Part shown: one piece after another, positions 43,098 through 44,085 of the stretch
How positions within the stretch are numbered: position 1 is the stretch's first letter
How the letters are laid out: each line of letters starts with the position of its first letter
Source of the DNA: Bacteroidales bacterium
Lineage (GTDB): Bacteria; Bacteroidota; Bacteroidia; Bacteroidales; CAIWKO01
DNA length: 44,085 nt
Reading direction: 5' to 3'
NCBI GenBank assembly: GCA_035371225.1
Contig: DAOOWO010000001.1
Location: forward strand, 1 to 44,085
Notes under the pieces: model-generated
Databases searched by the model: none
Seen by the model: only the letters and a program-made list of their open reading frames with translations
Told to the model about the DNA's origin: nothing
Program-made: the position numbers and the translations under genes

Positions 43098-44085
43098 CTA
43101 TTTGTTTACGTTATTGCAATTCATTTCTCCTTCGGTGTAAAAGATGTTCAGGTATTTGGGCCCGTAATTTCCGCCGCCTTCATGTTTTTGAGCCACCGAA
43201 CCTTTTAAATAGTAACATTTTCCGTCAGATTTTTTTGTGGCGATGTTAACTCTTACAAATTTTAGATTTGCAACACCATAATCGTTTTTTTCAATTTCCC
43301 AGGTATTGCTGGTAATGACAACTTTAATGGGTTCGCCGTATTTGGCTTTATCGATTTTTGAGGTAACGGTGGCGTTAACACTGGCATCGGTCATACTGGC
43401 AACTCCCAGCCGTCTTTCTTCTATAAGTTTTTTCTCTATTTCGGCATCCCGCTTTTCTAATCCTCCGCCGTCAACATAAGCCTTGATTTTTTCTTTTTGT
43501 TCCTTGAGTGATTTTTCATATTCTTCTAATGCCGGGTCGGTTTTTGTCAGATAAATTTTGGCACTGGCAACCATTTTTTCAGCTACTTCAATATCATTTA
43601 TTCTGTCGGTAGGATACACTGTCCAATCTTTATCATCGAAACTTCTTTTGGCTTTTTCTTTGATACCAGCCATTTTTTCAGGAGAAACCGTTTCGGTATA
43701 AAAGGCATCAATTTGTCCTATCAGCTTTGTTGTATAAGTGTCGCTATGTTCTTTGCCATTTTCTTTTTTGTAAGCAGCGCTAAAGTCGGTATAGAATTTT
43801 TGGTACTCGGCTTTTTTGGCTGTATATACTTCGTAGGTCAGCTTGTCGGTCTGTCGCTGCAAACTTTCAAAAGTGGAGTTCCACTCCATTTTTTGTACTT
43901 CTAATTCTTTGAAGTCCACAGTGGTAGCTGGTTTTGTGGTGCCGGTCTGTTCTTTACCATTTGTGGTGGTCTGCTCTTTATTATTTGTTTCCGTATTTGT
44001 TTTTTTGTCTTCTTCGGGTTTTGTTGATTTTGGCTTGGGCTTTCCCACATTTGGTACGTTTCCGGGTTTCAGTTTGTCAAATTGT
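43098..44085 (-). CDS. Hypothetical protein; 5' end lies outside the window (partial)
   Basis: The track M at 44048 is a GTG. The frame stays open upstream to nt 44085 (QFDKLKPGNVPNVGKPKPK...). It has a K/T/E/N-rich low-complexity linker, then a globular C-terminal part ending KCYYLKGSVAQKHEGGGNYGPKYLNIFYTEGEMNCNNVNK. No family recognised. Confidence 0.65.
   Translation of the reverse strand, partial: QFDKLKPGNVPNVGKPKPKSTKPEEDKKTNTETNNKEQTTTNGKEQTGTTKPATTVDFKELEVQKMEWNSTFESLQRQTDKLTYEVYTAKKAEYQKFYTDFSAAYKKENGKEHSDTYTTKLIGQIDAFYTETVSPEKMAGIKEKAKRSFDDKDWTVYPTDRINDIEVAEKMVASAKIYLTKTDPALEEYEKSLKEQKEKIKAYVDGGGLEKRDAEIEKKLIEERRLGVASMTDASVNATVTSKIDKAKYGEPIKVVITSNTWEIEKNDYGVANLKFVRVNIATKKSDGKCYYLKGSVAQKHEGGGNYGPKYLNIFYTEGEMNCNNVNK

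Overview
This window looks like an ordinary chromosomal segment of a Bacteroidota genome. The evidence for the phylum is two T9SS C-terminal sorting tails, many lipoprotein and signal-peptide N-termini, and TAnnTTTG -7 promoter boxes 20-90 nt upstream of many start codons. A pyruvate:ferredoxin oxidoreductase suggests an anaerobic or facultative lifestyle.

I call 35 protein-coding genes and one disrupted small gene, nearly all supported by recognisable motifs.
- Core genes: sppA, folK, a deoxynucleoside kinase, mscL, a SpoU/TrmH methyltransferase, nifJ-type PFOR, meaB, a glutathione peroxidase, and fabH-rpmF-yceD.
- These are interspersed with an unusually dense set of exported hydrolases: an S1 protease, a PG amidase, a GH3/beta-lactamase fusion, two 5'-nucleotidases/phosphatases, M49-like and M28 peptidases, a metallophosphoesterase and two alpha/beta hydrolases.

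Two points about the supplied ORF track:
- It translates TTG/GTG starts as M, so I trimmed several N-termini to the first ATG that gives a sensible signal peptide.
- It misses the edge-truncated gene at 1..1208 and truncates the one at 43098..44085.

I saw no tRNA, rRNA, CRISPR array, transposase, integrase, phage or recognisable defence genes, and I cannot honestly point to a clear multi-gene novel system. The items most worth follow-up are:
- a 1077-aa single polypeptide that fuses all module types of HcnABC / opine oxidase / archaeal proline dehydrogenase complexes;
- a T9SS-exported multi-domain cell-wall amidase with a CUB-like module, next to a membrane-anchored GH3-like/beta-lactamase-fold fusion whose GH3 motifs look degenerate;
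- a decayed TonB-C-like small gene;
- a tiny beta-grasp-like ORF coupled to a 5'-nucleotidase;
- several long non-coding stretches with repeats or an orphan terminator.

All domain calls are by-eye motif recognition and need HMM confirmation.
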